A stretch of 64,000 bases of DNA from Bacteroidales bacterium (GCA_045642485.1 JAZUIV010000002.1:5107-69106); one strand, 5' to 3'; shown: positions 42,535 to 52,808, numbered from the stretch's first letter. Numbers and translations are program-made. The notes: generated by a model not told the origin, from the sequence alone.

Positions 42535-42552
42535 ATTATTGTCAATAGATTC

Positions 42553-43155
42553 TCAAATATAGTGATTTATTTGGCAAAATTTCAACTGTTCCTCAAAATC
42601 TTTCACCAGAGAGAGCCGTACCTTAACCTCCAGCGTGCACTCCAGGTCGAAGGACTGTCCTGTGGCAGAGAGCCCCATCTCCTTGAGAATCTTCATCACA
42701 TCGTTCATACGCTCATACCCGAACCTGAGGATGAAATGTTCCTGAGCCAGTTTTTCCACAATCCTCGCCCCTGCAATCGCATCCTGTGCCGCGCTTTTGT
42801 AAGCCTTGATGAGTCCCGGCACACCGAGTTTCGTCCCGCCGAAATACCTGACCACCACTATCAGAATGTCACTGAGGCCCGCGGACAGAATCTGCCCGAA
42901 AATCGGGCGCCCGGCCGTGGAAGACGGCTCTCCGTCATCATTGACACGCCATTTCTCCCCCTGCGGACCTATCCTGTATGCAAAACAGTGATGACGGGCA
43001 TCAAAATATTCCTTTCGCACAGAGGCGATTAGTTCTTTTGCCCGGGCCTCTGTCTCAACGGGAAAGGCGAACGCAAGAAATTTGCTCCCCAAATCCTTGT
43101 ACAGCCCTTCGGACTTCTCCCCGATACTTTTGTAGCAATCTGATGCCGAATTCAT
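42553..43155 (-). CDS. YigZ/IMPACT family protein
   Basis: 200 aa. Motifs are KGSKF.A.A.PV, ARHHCFAYRIG and VVVRYFGGTKLG. Confidence 0.85.
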   Translation of the reverse strand: MNSASDCYKSIGEKSEGLYKDLGSKFLAFAFPVETEARAKELIASVRKEYFDARHHCFAYRIGPQGEKWRVNDDGEPSSTAGRPIFGQILSAGLSDILIVVVRYFGGTKLGVPGLIKAYKSAAQDAIAGARIVEKLAQEHFILRFGYERMNDVMKILKEMGLSATGQSFDLECTLEVKVRLSLVKDFEEQLKFCQINHYI

Positions 43156-43206
43156 ATTGTAAATGTACGCAAAAAACGTAAATTTGCGTTACAAATCGGT
43201 TTCAAG

Positions 43207-43746
43207 ATGATTTTAAAATTCAGAGCCACGATACCCCAGAGCAAGATTTTCTACAGAATCTATGCTGTGGAGGGAAGTATGAACCTCTTCGATTTCAACA
43301 CCTTCATTCTCGGAGATCTCGGCTTCGCACCCGACCAGATGGTGCTTTTTGAAGGATATGACGAAAGCGGAAAACTCTGCGGAGAATACGGGCTGTTCGA
43401 TATGGGAGACGGGTCGATGGACAGAATCTCATTTGAAAAGTTGGCGAAAGACGGGCAGACAGAACTGCACTACATCTATGATATGCGGAACGACCGCTAC
43501 ATCCGGCTGGTGCTGGAAGGGCAGGAGATTCTCCCGCTGTCAACTCTCCTACCCTGCCTTCTCGAGGAGAAAGGGCACGCCCCGGAGCAGTTCTCAGTGG
43601 CGTATGAAGACTATGAGGCCGTCCAGACAATCATCCCGAAGGCCTCCGCTCCCGTAGGAGACGAGGACCTCGATGATGATGACGATGATGATGAAGAAGA
43701 GGATGACGATGAGGAGGGTGAAGAGATTTATGATGAGAATGAATAG
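43207..43746 (+). CDS. hypothetical protein with poly-acidic C-terminal tail (possibly MM3350/pRiA4b-ORF3-like fold)
   Basis: 179-aa ORF ending in EDLDDDDDDDEEEDDDEEGEEIYDENE. The fold guess is from memory only. Confidence 0.5.
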   Translation: MILKFRATIPQSKIFYRIYAVEGSMNLFDFNTFILGDLGFAPDQMVLFEGYDESGKLCGEYGLFDMGDGSMDRISFEKLAKDGQTELHYIYDMRNDRYIRLVLEGQEILPLSTLLPCLLEEKGHAPEQFSVAYEDYEAVQTIIPKASAPVGDEDLDDDDDDDEEEDDDEEGEEIYDENE

Positions 43747-43755
43747 TTCTCGCTG

Positions 43756-44613
43756 ATGCCCGTTCTCAAGGTAATTCTAGGCCCCACCGCAGTCGGCAAG
43801 ACAGACTACAGCATTGACCTGGCGCTGAAGTTGCACTGCCCTATAATTTCCTGTGACTCAAGACAAATTTTCCGGGGGATGGCAATAGGCACCGCCCAGC
43901 CGTCAAAGGAACAGCTGGAGATGGTCAGGCACTATTTCATAGCCTGCAGGAATCCTGACGAACATTACACGGCCGGACTTTTCGAAATCGAAGCCCTGAG
44001 CCTTCTGGAAGAACTTTTCAAGGAATACGACACCGTCGTGATGACCGGAGGGAGCGGTCTCTATGTGGATGCCCTATGCAACGGACTGGACAATTTCCCC
44101 GCCGCAGACCTTGAACTGCGCAAAAAACTGACCGCAAGGGCGAAGGAGGAAGGGCTTCCCGCTCTCCGCCGGGAACTGCAGATTCTGGACCCCGAATCCT
44201 ATGCGACAATCGACATCGCCAATCCGCAAAGGGTGGTCCGCGCATTGGAAGTGACTCTGTCCACGGGCCGCAAATTTTCCGCATTCAAGACCAACACCGC
44301 GAGGAAGCGCCGGTTCGACATAGAAAAGTACTGCCTTGTACGCCCACGTGAAGAACTGTACGGGCGGATTGAGGCCCGGGTGGACGCAATGTTCGAAGCC
44401 GGGCTCGTGGAGGAAGTCCGCCGCCTGACTCCGTACCGGGATATGCCGGCGCTGAACACGGTGGGATACAGGGAGGTTTTCCAATACCTCGACGGGGATA
44501 TCGACATAAAAGAAGTGTTGCGCCTGATAAAGCGCAACACCCGTCATTATGCCAAGCGCCAGATTACTTACTGGGCGCGGGATCCTCAAATCGAATATAT
44601 TACTTCTTGGTAG
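43756..44613 (+). CDS. miaA: tRNA dimethylallyltransferase
   Basis: 285 aa. Motifs are the P-loop GPTAVGKT, SCDSRQIFRGM.IGTAQP and RHYAKRQ.TW. Confidence 0.92.
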   Translation: MPVLKVILGPTAVGKTDYSIDLALKLHCPIISCDSRQIFRGMAIGTAQPSKEQLEMVRHYFIACRNPDEHYTAGLFEIEALSLLEELFKEYDTVVMTGGSGLYVDALCNGLDNFPAADLELRKKLTARAKEEGLPALRRELQILDPESYATIDIANPQRVVRALEVTLSTGRKFSAFKTNTARKRRFDIEKYCLVRPREELYGRIEARVDAMFEAGLVEEVRRLTPYRDMPALNTVGYREVFQYLDGDIDIKEVLRLIKRNTRHYAKRQITYWARDPQIEYITSW

Positions 44614-45328
44614 CCTGTGTCTGGGGCTCTACGTAAGGGGAGACCTTGATTACCTCAACTTTGAACTTGAGAGCCTCGTTGGGGCCGATCTTGTCACCCT
44701 GAGCACGTTCACCGTAAGCGAGGTTCGCGGGAATCCAGAGAGTGATTTCTCCACCTTCGCCGACAAGCTGCATTCCTTCAGTCCAGCCTTTGATGACCCT
44801 GTTGAGAGGGAAAGTGACTGCTTCACCCCTTTCGTACGAAGAGTCGAAGACAACACCGTCAAGAGTCGCGCCTTCATAGTTGACCTCGACTGTATCCTTC
44901 TCACTTGCGGCTTTTACTGTGCCCTCGCGGACTATCTGATACTGAAGACCGCTTTCGGTAGTCTTGACTCCTTCCTTTGAAGCATTCTCCGCGAAGAATT
45001 TTTCAGCCTTTGCCAGGTTTGCCTCACCGACAATCTCCATCCTCTTCTGGATGAAGCCGTTCACTGTGCCATAGAATTCTTCCTGAGAGATTTCAACGCC
45101 GTCACCGGCAGCCTTGATGCCTTCGACAATCTTGTTGATGTTGAGAGCGCCCATATTGGAGTAGGTGATTGAACGGCCGAGGTTGTAGCCGAGCATATAA
45201 CTGACTGAATCCACCTGGGCTTTGGATATGCCGGCGGGCTGTTTTTCAGATGATGTCATAGAGGAGCAGGATGAAAATGCAAATGCTCCGAGTGCGCATA
45301 CAGCGACAATCAAAAGTGTTTTTTTCAT
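44600..45328 (-). CDS. FKBP-type peptidyl-prolyl cis-trans isomerase lipoprotein (FkpA-like)
   Basis: 242 aa. The lipobox is AFSSCSS. The FKBP C-domain reads VNYEGATLDGVVFDSSYERGE..TFPLN.VI.GWTEG. Confidence 0.9.
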   Translation of the reverse strand: MKKTLLIVAVCALGAFAFSSCSSMTSSEKQPAGISKAQVDSVSYMLGYNLGRSITYSNMGALNINKIVEGIKAAGDGVEISQEEFYGTVNGFIQKRMEIVGEANLAKAEKFFAENASKEGVKTTESGLQYQIVREGTVKAASEKDTVEVNYEGATLDGVVFDSSYERGEAVTFPLNRVIKGWTEGMQLVGEGGEITLWIPANLAYGERAQGDKIGPNEALKFKVEVIKVSPYVEPQTQATKK

Positions 45329-45464
45329 TATAGTAGATATTTACGAAATTGACTATGTTACAGTTTTTTCCGAACAGCCGGCAAATATAGTAAATTTTGA
45401 AAATGTCAACAAAATTATTAGATTTGCACGTATTGAGCAATCGAAAAAACAGAAACACCATACA

Positions 45465-46544
45465 ATGAAGAAACTCCTGATTGTCCTGGCCGTATGGGCC
45501 GCACTAGCCCAGGGCTGCACTCCCAAAGGCAGTTATGTCCTCAAGGGAACCGTGAAAGATTCATTGGCCACCCTCCCCGGGGCGGCAATCGTCATCACCG
45601 ATATGGCAAGTGGCGAAAAAGACACTGTCGCCATTGAAAACGGCTCTTTCTCCCTGACCGGGACCGCCGACATAACCAGCTGCAAGCAGGTGATGCTGGC
45701 CTTCATAGACGCACCGGCAGTCAAGCACAAACTCTACGCATCATTCATTCCCGAAGAAGGGACAATCAAGCTGGACCTTGACAATCGCACCGTCAAAGGA
45801 GGGGCTGTCAACAAATCGATGGAGAGTTTGGCCGAACGTTCCAAAATACTGATTGACACACTAATGGCCAAATACGAAAAACTGAATGCGGGAAAAATCC
45901 TGGAAACCGAATTTGAAGAGGCCGAAAAAGCCTACATTGAAGTGACCAAGGACGCCGTCAGGTCAAATCCCGACAATTACGTCGGTCTCAACGCACTCAG
46001 GGAAATCATCTACGACATCGATCTGGCCGAACTCGACGAACTTCTGTCACTCTGCTCCGACTTTATCAGGAACGACGCCAAAGTCTCAAGGATAAGAGAA
46101 CTCAAGGTTGCCGAGAATGCCTCAGGTGAAGGCAAGATGTTCATCGACTTCAACGGATCCACCCCCGACGGCAGATTTACCAAACTCTCCGACTTTGTGG
46201 GTCAGGGGAAATATGTCCTGGTCGATTTCTGGGCCTCCTGGTGCGGCCCGTGCCGTCAGGAAATCCCCAACATCAGGGAAGCCTACGACAGATTCTCAAA
46301 GAAGGGGCTCACCGTTGTGGGCGTAGCCGTATGGGATGGCGACAACAGTGCATCAAAGAAGGCAATGAAGGAGTTGGATATGAAGTGGAATCAGATCTTT
46401 GTAGGGAACGACCGCACAGCCACGGATTCCTATGGAATCGCCGGCATCCCTCATATCATCCTCTTCGCTCCCGACGGGACCATCTACAAGAGAGACCTGC
46501 GTGGAGAGGACATTTGCAAAACAATAGCAGGAGTACTCGAATAA
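45465..46544 (+). CDS. TlpA family thiol:disulfide oxidoreductase lipoprotein (DUF4369-like N-domain)
   Basis: Start at the ATG at 45465 (MKKLLIVLAVWAALAQGC). The active site is intact (DFWASWCGPCRQE). Confidence 0.85.
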   Translation: MKKLLIVLAVWAALAQGCTPKGSYVLKGTVKDSLATLPGAAIVITDMASGEKDTVAIENGSFSLTGTADITSCKQVMLAFIDAPAVKHKLYASFIPEEGTIKLDLDNRTVKGGAVNKSMESLAERSKILIDTLMAKYEKLNAGKILETEFEEAEKAYIEVTKDAVRSNPDNYVGLNALREIIYDIDLAELDELLSLCSDFIRNDAKVSRIRELKVAENASGEGKMFIDFNGSTPDGRFTKLSDFVGQGKYVLVDFWASWCGPCRQEIPNIREAYDRFSKKGLTVVGVAVWDGDNSASKKAMKELDMKWNQIFVGNDRTATDSYGIAGIPHIILFAPDGTIYKRDLRGEDICKTIAGVLE

Positions 46545-46556
46545 CATCAACACAAT

Positions 46557-47591
46557 ATGAAAAGTGCAGCATTGACCTCCATATTTCTGGCTTTCGCATT
46601 TGCATTGCAGGCGCAGGCCGTCCCCAACGGAGCCGTGATATACGCCTTGCCCCAAACAACCATAACCCTCACTGTAGAAGCCCGATACAGCGTCTTCACA
46701 GCAGGCCCCTATGCCCAATATGCCCAAAAATATCTCGGATATGAAGCCAAACGTTCGTCCTTCACGGAGTGCACCGTTACGGACATAACGGTCACCCCCT
46801 ATGTAGAGGCCGACCCGGCCGGAAGATATGCCATCAACCTCTCCGAGAAAATTCCCTCCAATTTCCTGCAATTCTGCAGCCAGGGGCTCATCGTAATGTC
46901 TGACAGCTACACCGGAAAGCCCGCCGGATTCAGGTTTCCCAGTCAGGCTGGAGCGGAAGTTTTCATCGGCAAGGCTCCTGAAGGGAATCTCGCGGGAGAG
47001 ACCACAACCCTGTACAGAATGGTGAAAAAGGAGACGGGATTCGAAAAAGTGGCCGTACCCCAAAGTCAGGTAGTGGAAAAATCTCTCGAAAAGAAGGCTG
47101 AGGAAGCTGCAAAGCATATCTTCAACATTCGCGAAAAGAAGACTCAGATAATCACGGGCGACACTGATGCCACATTCAGCGGAGAAGCGCTCGGAGCCGC
47201 CGTCGCGGAGCTCAACAGGATGGAGGACGAGTACCTCAGCCTATTCTACGGCATCACCGAAACCTTCACGCAGAAAATGTCCTTCGATGTCACTCCGAAA
47301 GCTGGAGTAAACAAATACACTGCATTCAAGATTGCCGACGGCCAAGGGCTTGTCAGCGCCTCCTCACCTCAGGGCCGGGCCGTCTCCATCGAGTTGACCG
47401 CCGAAAGCGTCGCACCCGTCAATGACTCCGGCGCCAAATCCAGCAACGCACCCGTGGTGAATTACCGAATCCCCGCCGTGGCATCCTGCAAGATAGTGGA
47501 TTCAGGCAAGACTCTGCTCGAGACCCGAATCCCTGTCTATCAGATGGGCCAGACCTGCTCATTCCCTATCAACACCCTGCTAACCAAATAA
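46557..47591 (+). CDS. hypothetical secreted protein (possibly DUF4831 family)
   Basis: 344 aa with signal peptide SIFLAFAFALQAQA. The family name is recalled and not verified. Confidence 0.5.
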   Translation: MKSAALTSIFLAFAFALQAQAVPNGAVIYALPQTTITLTVEARYSVFTAGPYAQYAQKYLGYEAKRSSFTECTVTDITVTPYVEADPAGRYAINLSEKIPSNFLQFCSQGLIVMSDSYTGKPAGFRFPSQAGAEVFIGKAPEGNLAGETTTLYRMVKKETGFEKVAVPQSQVVEKSLEKKAEEAAKHIFNIREKKTQIITGDTDATFSGEALGAAVAELNRMEDEYLSLFYGITETFTQKMSFDVTPKAGVNKYTAFKIADGQGLVSASSPQGRAVSIELTAESVAPVNDSGAKSSNAPVVNYRIPAVASCKIVDSGKTLLETRIPVYQMGQTCSFPINTLLTK

Positions 47592-47600
47592 GAAGTTGTT

Positions 47601-49064
47601 ATGCCTATAAGAAATCTCGAACCGAAGAATGTGTGGACCAATTTCCACGCACTCACGCAAATACCCCGCCCCAGCGGACACACCCAGAAAGTAGCGGATT
47701 TCCTCGTGAAGTTCGGAAAAGACCTCGGTCTTGAATCATTCAAGGATGAATGTGGGAACGTGATAATAAGGAAGCCTGCCACTCCCGGAATGGAGAACCG
47801 TAAAGGCATCATCCTGCAGGCCCATATGGATATGGTGCCCCAGAAGAACAACGACAAGGTTCACGACTTCACCAAAGACCCCATCTCCACCCGCATAGTG
47901 AAGGAGGAGGACGGTGACTGGGTATATGCCTGCGGCACAACCCTCGGCGCCGATGACGGGCTGGGCATTGCGGCCGCGATGAGCGTACTCGAGTCGAAAA
48001 CCATCAAGCACGGCCCCATCGAGGCTCTCTTCACTGTTGACGAGGAGACCAGGATGGTCGGAGCAAAGGCGCTGAAGCCGGGCGTACTGCGCGGAGAGAT
48101 TCTTTTGAACCTCGACTCCGAGACAGAGGGCGAGCTCTATGTGGGATGCGCCGGCGGAATCGATGCAAATGTAGAATTCAAATACAGGACGGAGCCCCTC
48201 CCTGAAGGATACAAGGCTCTGAAGATAGTTGTCACCGGACTTCGCGGCGGCCACTCAGGAATGGAAATCAACGAAGGTCGCGGGAATGCCAACAAAACTA
48301 TGGCAAGAGTACTCCTGCCGCTGCTCCGCAATTTCAAGGGCCGTCTGGCCAGTTTTGACGGAGGCAATATGCGCAATGCCATCCCCCGCGAAGCGGAAGC
48401 CGTCATTGCCGTCCCCGCAGAGAAAATCGCCGCCGCCACCGAACTGGTTGAAAAAACTTTCGGGACAATCAAATCCGAACTGCATCGCATCGACCCGGGG
48501 CTCGTAATCACGGTAGAGCCGTCACGCTCCCGCAAGGTGATTGCCGGGACAACAGGCAAGAAACTCGTTCAGGCCATCTATGCCTGCCCCAACAACGTGG
48601 ACCGTATGAGCCTTGAGATTGAAGGATTGGTGGAAACCTCAAACAACCTGGCAATTGTCAAGACAGGCAAAGATAAAATCACCGTGAATACACTGCTCAG
48701 AGGAGCCACGGATTCACTGAAGGAGGACCTCGCGGAATCCGTTCGCGCGGCGTTCGAACTGGCTGGGGCAAAAGTCTGGTTCGACGGAGGCTACAGCGGC
48801 TGGAGCCCTAACCTCGAATCCCCGATTCTCAAGACTATGAAGGCCCAGTACAGGAAACTTTACGGGACCGACCCCGCAGTGATGGCCATTCACGCCGGCC
48901 TCGAATGTGGAATCTTCGGAGAAGCCTATCCCGACTGGGATATGATTTCCTGCGGCCCTACCCTGAAATCACCCCACTCTCCCGCGGAGAGATGCTTCAT
49001 CCCTTCAGTAGGGAAATGGTGGAATTTCCTGACGGCGGTCCTGGAGGATGCTCCGGCAAAATAG
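47601..49064 (+). CDS. pepD: aminoacyl-histidine dipeptidase (Xaa-His dipeptidase, M20C)
   Basis: 487 aa. Motifs are F..L..IPRPSGH, LQAHMDMV and TTLGADDG.G. Confidence 0.92.
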   Translation: MPIRNLEPKNVWTNFHALTQIPRPSGHTQKVADFLVKFGKDLGLESFKDECGNVIIRKPATPGMENRKGIILQAHMDMVPQKNNDKVHDFTKDPISTRIVKEEDGDWVYACGTTLGADDGLGIAAAMSVLESKTIKHGPIEALFTVDEETRMVGAKALKPGVLRGEILLNLDSETEGELYVGCAGGIDANVEFKYRTEPLPEGYKALKIVVTGLRGGHSGMEINEGRGNANKTMARVLLPLLRNFKGRLASFDGGNMRNAIPREAEAVIAVPAEKIAAATELVEKTFGTIKSELHRIDPGLVITVEPSRSRKVIAGTTGKKLVQAIYACPNNVDRMSLEIEGLVETSNNLAIVKTGKDKITVNTLLRGATDSLKEDLAESVRAAFELAGAKVWFDGGYSGWSPNLESPILKTMKAQYRKLYGTDPAVMAIHAGLECGIFGEAYPDWDMISCGPTLKSPHSPAERCFIPSVGKWWNFLTAVLEDAPAK

Positions 49065-49087
49065 TTTGCATATTCAATTATTATTCT

Positions 49088-49095
49088 TATATTTG
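49088..49095 (+). promoter_or_regulatory. candidate -7 promoter box (TATATTTG) for rpsF-rpsR-rplI
   Basis: Matches TAnnTTTG, 52 nt upstream of the rpsF ATG. Confidence 0.4.
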
Positions 49096-49122
49096 CAGCC
49101 CTTTCGGATTCCGAAGGGGCTG
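49096..49122 (+). promoter_or_regulatory. 5'-leader hairpin of the rpsF operon
   Basis: CAGCCCTTTCGG-att-CCGAAGGGGCTG forms a 12-bp stem with one G-T pair. It sits immediately after the -7 box and 25 nt before the rpsF ATG. Confidence 0.45.
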
Positions 49123-49146
49123 ATTTATTAATTAAACCTTTAAAAA

Positions 49147-49518
49147 ATGATCAAACAGTACGAAACCGTTTTCATTGCAACTCCCGTTTTGTCTGATGTC
49201 CAGATGAAGGAAGCGGTTGCCAAGTACACAGGCCTCATTGCCGAGAACGGAGGCAAGGTCGTGTACGAAGAGGACTGGGGTCTGCGCAAACTCGCCTACC
49301 CTATCCAGAAGAAGACCACTGGATTCTATCACCTTATCGAATTCCAGGCTGAGCCCGCATTCGTTGCGACTCTCGAAACTCAGTACAAACGTGATGAACG
49401 CATCATCCGTTTCCAGACAGTAGCTTTGGACAAGCACGCCATCGCATATGCAGAGCGTCGCCGCGCCAAAATCAACGGAACCAAGGCCGAAGCTCCCGCA
49501 GAGCAGAGCGCTGAATAA
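49147..49518 (+). CDS. rpsF: 30S ribosomal protein S6
   Basis: 123 aa, starting [10 protein letters not shown]...DWG.RKLAY.I. Confidence 0.95.
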   Translation: MIKQYETVFIATPVLSDVQMKEAVAKYTGLIAENGGKVVYEEDWGLRKLAYPIQKKTTGFYHLIEFQAEPAFVATLETQYKRDERIIRFQTVALDKHAIAYAERRRAKINGTKAEAPAEQSAE

Positions 49519-49535
49519 TAAAGGAGGATATACAA

Positions 49536-49802
49536 ATGGCACAGCACGATGACATCCGCTATCTGAATCCTGTAAACGTAGAGGTAAAGAAAAAGAAATA
49601 CTGCCGCTTCAAGAAGGCCGGTATCAAATACATCGACTACAAGGACGCCGAGTTCCTGAAGAAGTTCCTCAACGAGCAAGGCAAGATTCTCCCCCGCCGT
49701 CTTACCGGCACATCACTCAAATTCCAGAAGAAGGTTTCTCAGGCAATCAAGAGAGCAAGACACCTTGCACTTCTTCCTTATGTAACTGATATGCTCAAAT
49801 AA
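49536..49802 (+). CDS. rpsR: 30S ribosomal protein S18
   Basis: 88 aa with [18 protein letters not shown] and [10 protein letters not shown]. An AAGGAGGA sequence lies 7 nt upstream. Confidence 0.95.
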   Translation: MAQHDDIRYLNPVNVEVKKKKYCRFKKAGIKYIDYKDAEFLKKFLNEQGKILPRRLTGTSLKFQKKVSQAIKRARHLALLPYVTDMLK

Positions 49803-49813
49803 AGGAGGGTATT

Positions 49814-50266
49814 ATGGAAGTTATTCTTAAACAAGACGTTCAGAACCTTGGCAACAAGGACGATATCGTAACCGTAAAGAACGGATACGGCGCAAACTGG
49901 CTGATTCCCCAGGGTCTTGCCATTATGGCAACTCCCACAGCCAAGAAGATTCACGCAGAAAACATGAAGCAGCGCGCCCATAAGGAAGCCGCCCTTCGCT
50001 CTCAGGCAGAGGCCGCAGCATCCAAGATGGAAGGTGCAACTGTCAAACTGACCACGAAGGTCAGCGAGAAAGGCAAGGTATTCGGAAGTGTCAACAACAT
50101 TCAGGTTGCCGAGGCTCTCGTTGCCGCCGGATTTGACTGTGACCGCAAGAACATCACCCTCGTCGGTGAACCTCTCATCAAACAGGTCGGCACATATCAG
50201 GCTGTAGTGAAGATTTACAAAGACATCAAGGCCACGGTGAACGTGGAGGTTGTCGGAGAGGAATAA
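49814..50266 (+). CDS. rplI: 50S ribosomal protein L9
   Basis: 150 aa, starting MEVILKQDVQNLG.KDDIV.VK.GY..N.LIP.G.A. Confidence 0.95.
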   Translation: MEVILKQDVQNLGNKDDIVTVKNGYGANWLIPQGLAIMATPTAKKIHAENMKQRAHKEAALRSQAEAAASKMEGATVKLTTKVSEKGKVFGSVNNIQVAEALVAAGFDCDRKNITLVGEPLIKQVGTYQAVVKIYKDIKATVNVEVVGEE

Positions 50267-50282
50267 GATTTTCTCAATCAAT

Positions 50283-50320
50283 AAAAAAGATGGCTGGAAT
50301 AAATTCCAGCCATCTTTTTT
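50283..50320. terminator. bidirectional intrinsic terminator between rplI and the convergent lipoprotein gene
   Basis: Perfect palindrome AAAAAAGATGGCTGGAAT-aa-ATTCCAGCCATCTTTTTT. It gives a hairpin plus U-tract on both strands. Confidence 0.8.
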
Positions 50321-50321
50321 A

Positions 50322-50735
50322 TCAGTTACCGGCATCGGTACTCTTTGCCGGCATAATCCAGGACAAGGCTCCTTTCTGATTGAAATATTCTCCCTTTACT
50401 TCATACAGCATAAGGTGGAACTGCTCACCGTTCACCAACATATTTGCAACCACGGAAGTGTCAATCTTCTGGCAGGTATTGTAAAAGTCTTTCCATGCGG
50501 CAACGTCGGTATCGGCTTCATACCCGAAATAAGTGTGCTGTTTCTTGAAATAATCGGCATCGATACTCTCGATATAAGATGTAATCATCCCATATCTTGC
50601 CTTGCCGTCATCATTATTTTCCATACTGGCCTGGTACCCGGTCTGATAAATGTGGTTCGACTCCTTCTCCGAGCAGGAGGAGAAAAGCAGCAACGCAACG
50701 GCTGCCACACAAGTGAATTTAAGTAGTGATTTCAT
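50322..50735 (-). CDS. hypothetical lipoprotein
   Basis: 137 aa with lipobox LLLFSSCSE. No family recognised. Confidence 0.6.
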   Translation of the reverse strand: MKSLLKFTCVAAVALLLFSSCSEKESNHIYQTGYQASMENNDDGKARYGMITSYIESIDADYFKKQHTYFGYEADTDVAAWKDFYNTCQKIDTSVVANMLVNGEQFHLMLYEVKGEYFNQKGALSWIMPAKSTDAGN

Positions 50736-50765
50736 AGTATTTCTTTTTGCTTTGATTTTCTTGCA

Positions 50766-51773
50766 TCAAAACCGGATTTCTCCGAATCTGAGTTTGCGGC
50801 CGCTCAGGAAAAATTGCAGAATGATGCTGTGAGGATAATATCCGGAATTGTTGCGTTCCTCCTCCACGGGAGAGGGCTCTATGTTTCTTTTCATCCTGCA
50901 GTAATCCCGGTGGGCCTTTGCAACTGCCTTGAAATACTCCCACCTGAAGGTGAAAAGATATACCGCGGCAGAAGCACAGTCAAGACACATACGGAAGAAA
51001 ATCCTGAACCTGCGAATACTTTCAGGAAGATTCTTGCGGAGCATAAGCAGATTGTTGCGGTAGTTCAGATACAACTTGCGGGGGGAGTTGTTGGGGAGAG
51101 TCCCGCCACCGACGTGATAGACTCTCGACTGTGGCACACACCATACCTGATACCCAAGCAGTTTGGCTCTCCAGCAGAAGTCGATTTCCTCCATATGGGC
51201 GAAGAAATTGTCATCCAGACCGCCAAGATGGTGATAGAGCGAACTGCGGACCATCATACAGGCACCGGTGGCCCAGAAGCACTCCTTCGGAGTGTCATAC
51301 TGACCCTCATCCTTTTCCAGTGAAGAGAGAATACGTCCCCTGCAGAAAGGATAGCCGAAACGGTCGATGAAGCCTCCGGCAGCTCCGGCATATTCGAAGT
51401 ATTCCGGATTCAGGGCCGATAGAATCTTCGGTTGGCAGATACCCACCTGAGGGTTCGACTCCATAAATTCCACAAGGGGGGACAGCCACCCTTCGGGGAC
51501 ATCCACGTCACTGTTCAGCAGCACGTAATAATCCGCGTCCACCTCCTTCAAAGCCCTGTTGTATCCTCCGGTGAAGCCGTAGTTCCTGTCAAACCGGAGA
51601 AGTCTGATATCAGGAAAAGATTCCTCCACATACTTCAGGGAACCGTCAGTGGAACCGTTGTCAGCGATGACAATGAATGAATCGGGGCCGGGCGTATTGG
51701 CAACAAGAACAGGAAGATACCGTCTGAGCATCTCTTCCCCGTTCCAATTCAATATCACTATTGCCGTATCCAT
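50766..51773 (-). CDS. glycosyltransferase family 2
   Basis: Start at the ATG at 51773 (MDTAIVILNWNG). The track's 51782 start is a TTG. Motifs are IADNGSTDGS, NYGFTGGYN and LLNSDV. Confidence 0.85.
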   Translation of the reverse strand: MDTAIVILNWNGEEMLRRYLPVLVANTPGPDSFIVIADNGSTDGSLKYVEESFPDIRLLRFDRNYGFTGGYNRALKEVDADYYVLLNSDVDVPEGWLSPLVEFMESNPQVGICQPKILSALNPEYFEYAGAAGGFIDRFGYPFCRGRILSSLEKDEGQYDTPKECFWATGACMMVRSSLYHHLGGLDDNFFAHMEEIDFCWRAKLLGYQVWCVPQSRVYHVGGGTLPNNSPRKLYLNYRNNLLMLRKNLPESIRRFRIFFRMCLDCASAAVYLFTFRWEYFKAVAKAHRDYCRMKRNIEPSPVEEERNNSGYYPHSIILQFFLSGRKLRFGEIRF

Positions 51774-51829
51774 TTGAGGCAAATATAAGAATATTTGCGT
51801 AAATTTGGAAAAGAGAAAAACGGAGGACT

Positions 51830-52777
51830 ATGGCCCAGACAATAATGTTCTATAATCTGGAGAACCTTTACGACACGATTAATGACCCCACAAAGGATGA
51901 CTTTGAGTTCACCCCGATGGGAGACAAACGATGGACACAGGACAAGTATCTGCTCAAACTCCAGAACTTGAGTTCCGTCTTCGGAGCGGTGGCCTCATCC
52001 TACGGAGGGTTTCCCAGCGTCGTCGGTGTATCAGAAGTGGAAAACATAGGCGTTATGCGGGATCTGGCCGCACAGAAGCGTATGGCCGGAGCGCACTACA
52101 AGGCCATACATTTCGAATCGAATGATGCAAGAGGCGTCGATGTGGGGATGTATTACCGCCCGGACAAATACAAACCGCTCGGAAGCGAACCTGTCAAATT
52201 GGTCTTGAGGAGCGGGAGAGAATACATCGGAAGGGATATCCTGGCTTCCTGGGGGCTGCTTGACGGAGAAATGTTCGCATTCTATGTCTGCCATTTCCTC
52301 TCCCGGCGAGCCGGCGTCAGTGCATCAGCCGGATTCAGAAGGGCCGGCGCAGAGACTGTCCGCGACCACGCCGCCGCCCTACGGCAAAAATATCCGGATA
52401 TCAAGGTAGTGATTATGGGAGATATGAACGACTGCCCCTCCGATGAATCCCTTTCAAAACTGCTGAAAGCCCACAAGACAATCTACAACATTCCGGAGGG
52501 CGAATATTTCAACCCGTTCTGGATTCTTGAGGAAGAGGGAAAAGGGACCAGTCTCCACAACCACAGATGGGTTCTCTACGACAATATTATTGTCTCCCAT
52601 AACCTGATTCCACCGACAAAAGGTCTCGCCCTGGGCCAGATTGACCGCAGGCACTACGGCGAAATCTTCAGAAAGAATTTCATGATGAGTCACGGGGCCC
52701 CAAAACGGAGCTATTACGGCAACATTTTTGAAAACGGATTCAGCGATCATCTCCCCGTTGTAATCAAAATTGTATAA
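51830..52777 (+). CDS. endonuclease/exonuclease/phosphatase (EEP) family protein
   Basis: 315 aa. Motifs are MFYNLENL, GDMND and a C-terminal SDHLPV. Confidence 0.75.
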   Translation: MAQTIMFYNLENLYDTINDPTKDDFEFTPMGDKRWTQDKYLLKLQNLSSVFGAVASSYGGFPSVVGVSEVENIGVMRDLAAQKRMAGAHYKAIHFESNDARGVDVGMYYRPDKYKPLGSEPVKLVLRSGREYIGRDILASWGLLDGEMFAFYVCHFLSRRAGVSASAGFRRAGAETVRDHAAALRQKYPDIKVVIMGDMNDCPSDESLSKLLKAHKTIYNIPEGEYFNPFWILEEEGKGTSLHNHRWVLYDNIIVSHNLIPPTKGLALGQIDRRHYGEIFRKNFMMSHGAPKRSYYGNIFENGFSDHLPVVIKIV

Positions 52778-52808
52778 ATTTGTGAATTCTAAAGGAACTT
52801 TCATATAA

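Noticed and set aside
43663-43746. A run of GAT/GAA/GAG triplets that looks like a microsatellite or tandem repeat.
   Set aside because: It is in frame and encodes the poly-Asp/Glu tail of the 179-aa protein. It is a low-complexity coding sequence rather than a structured DNA repeat. A similar acidic stretch lies inside recQ.
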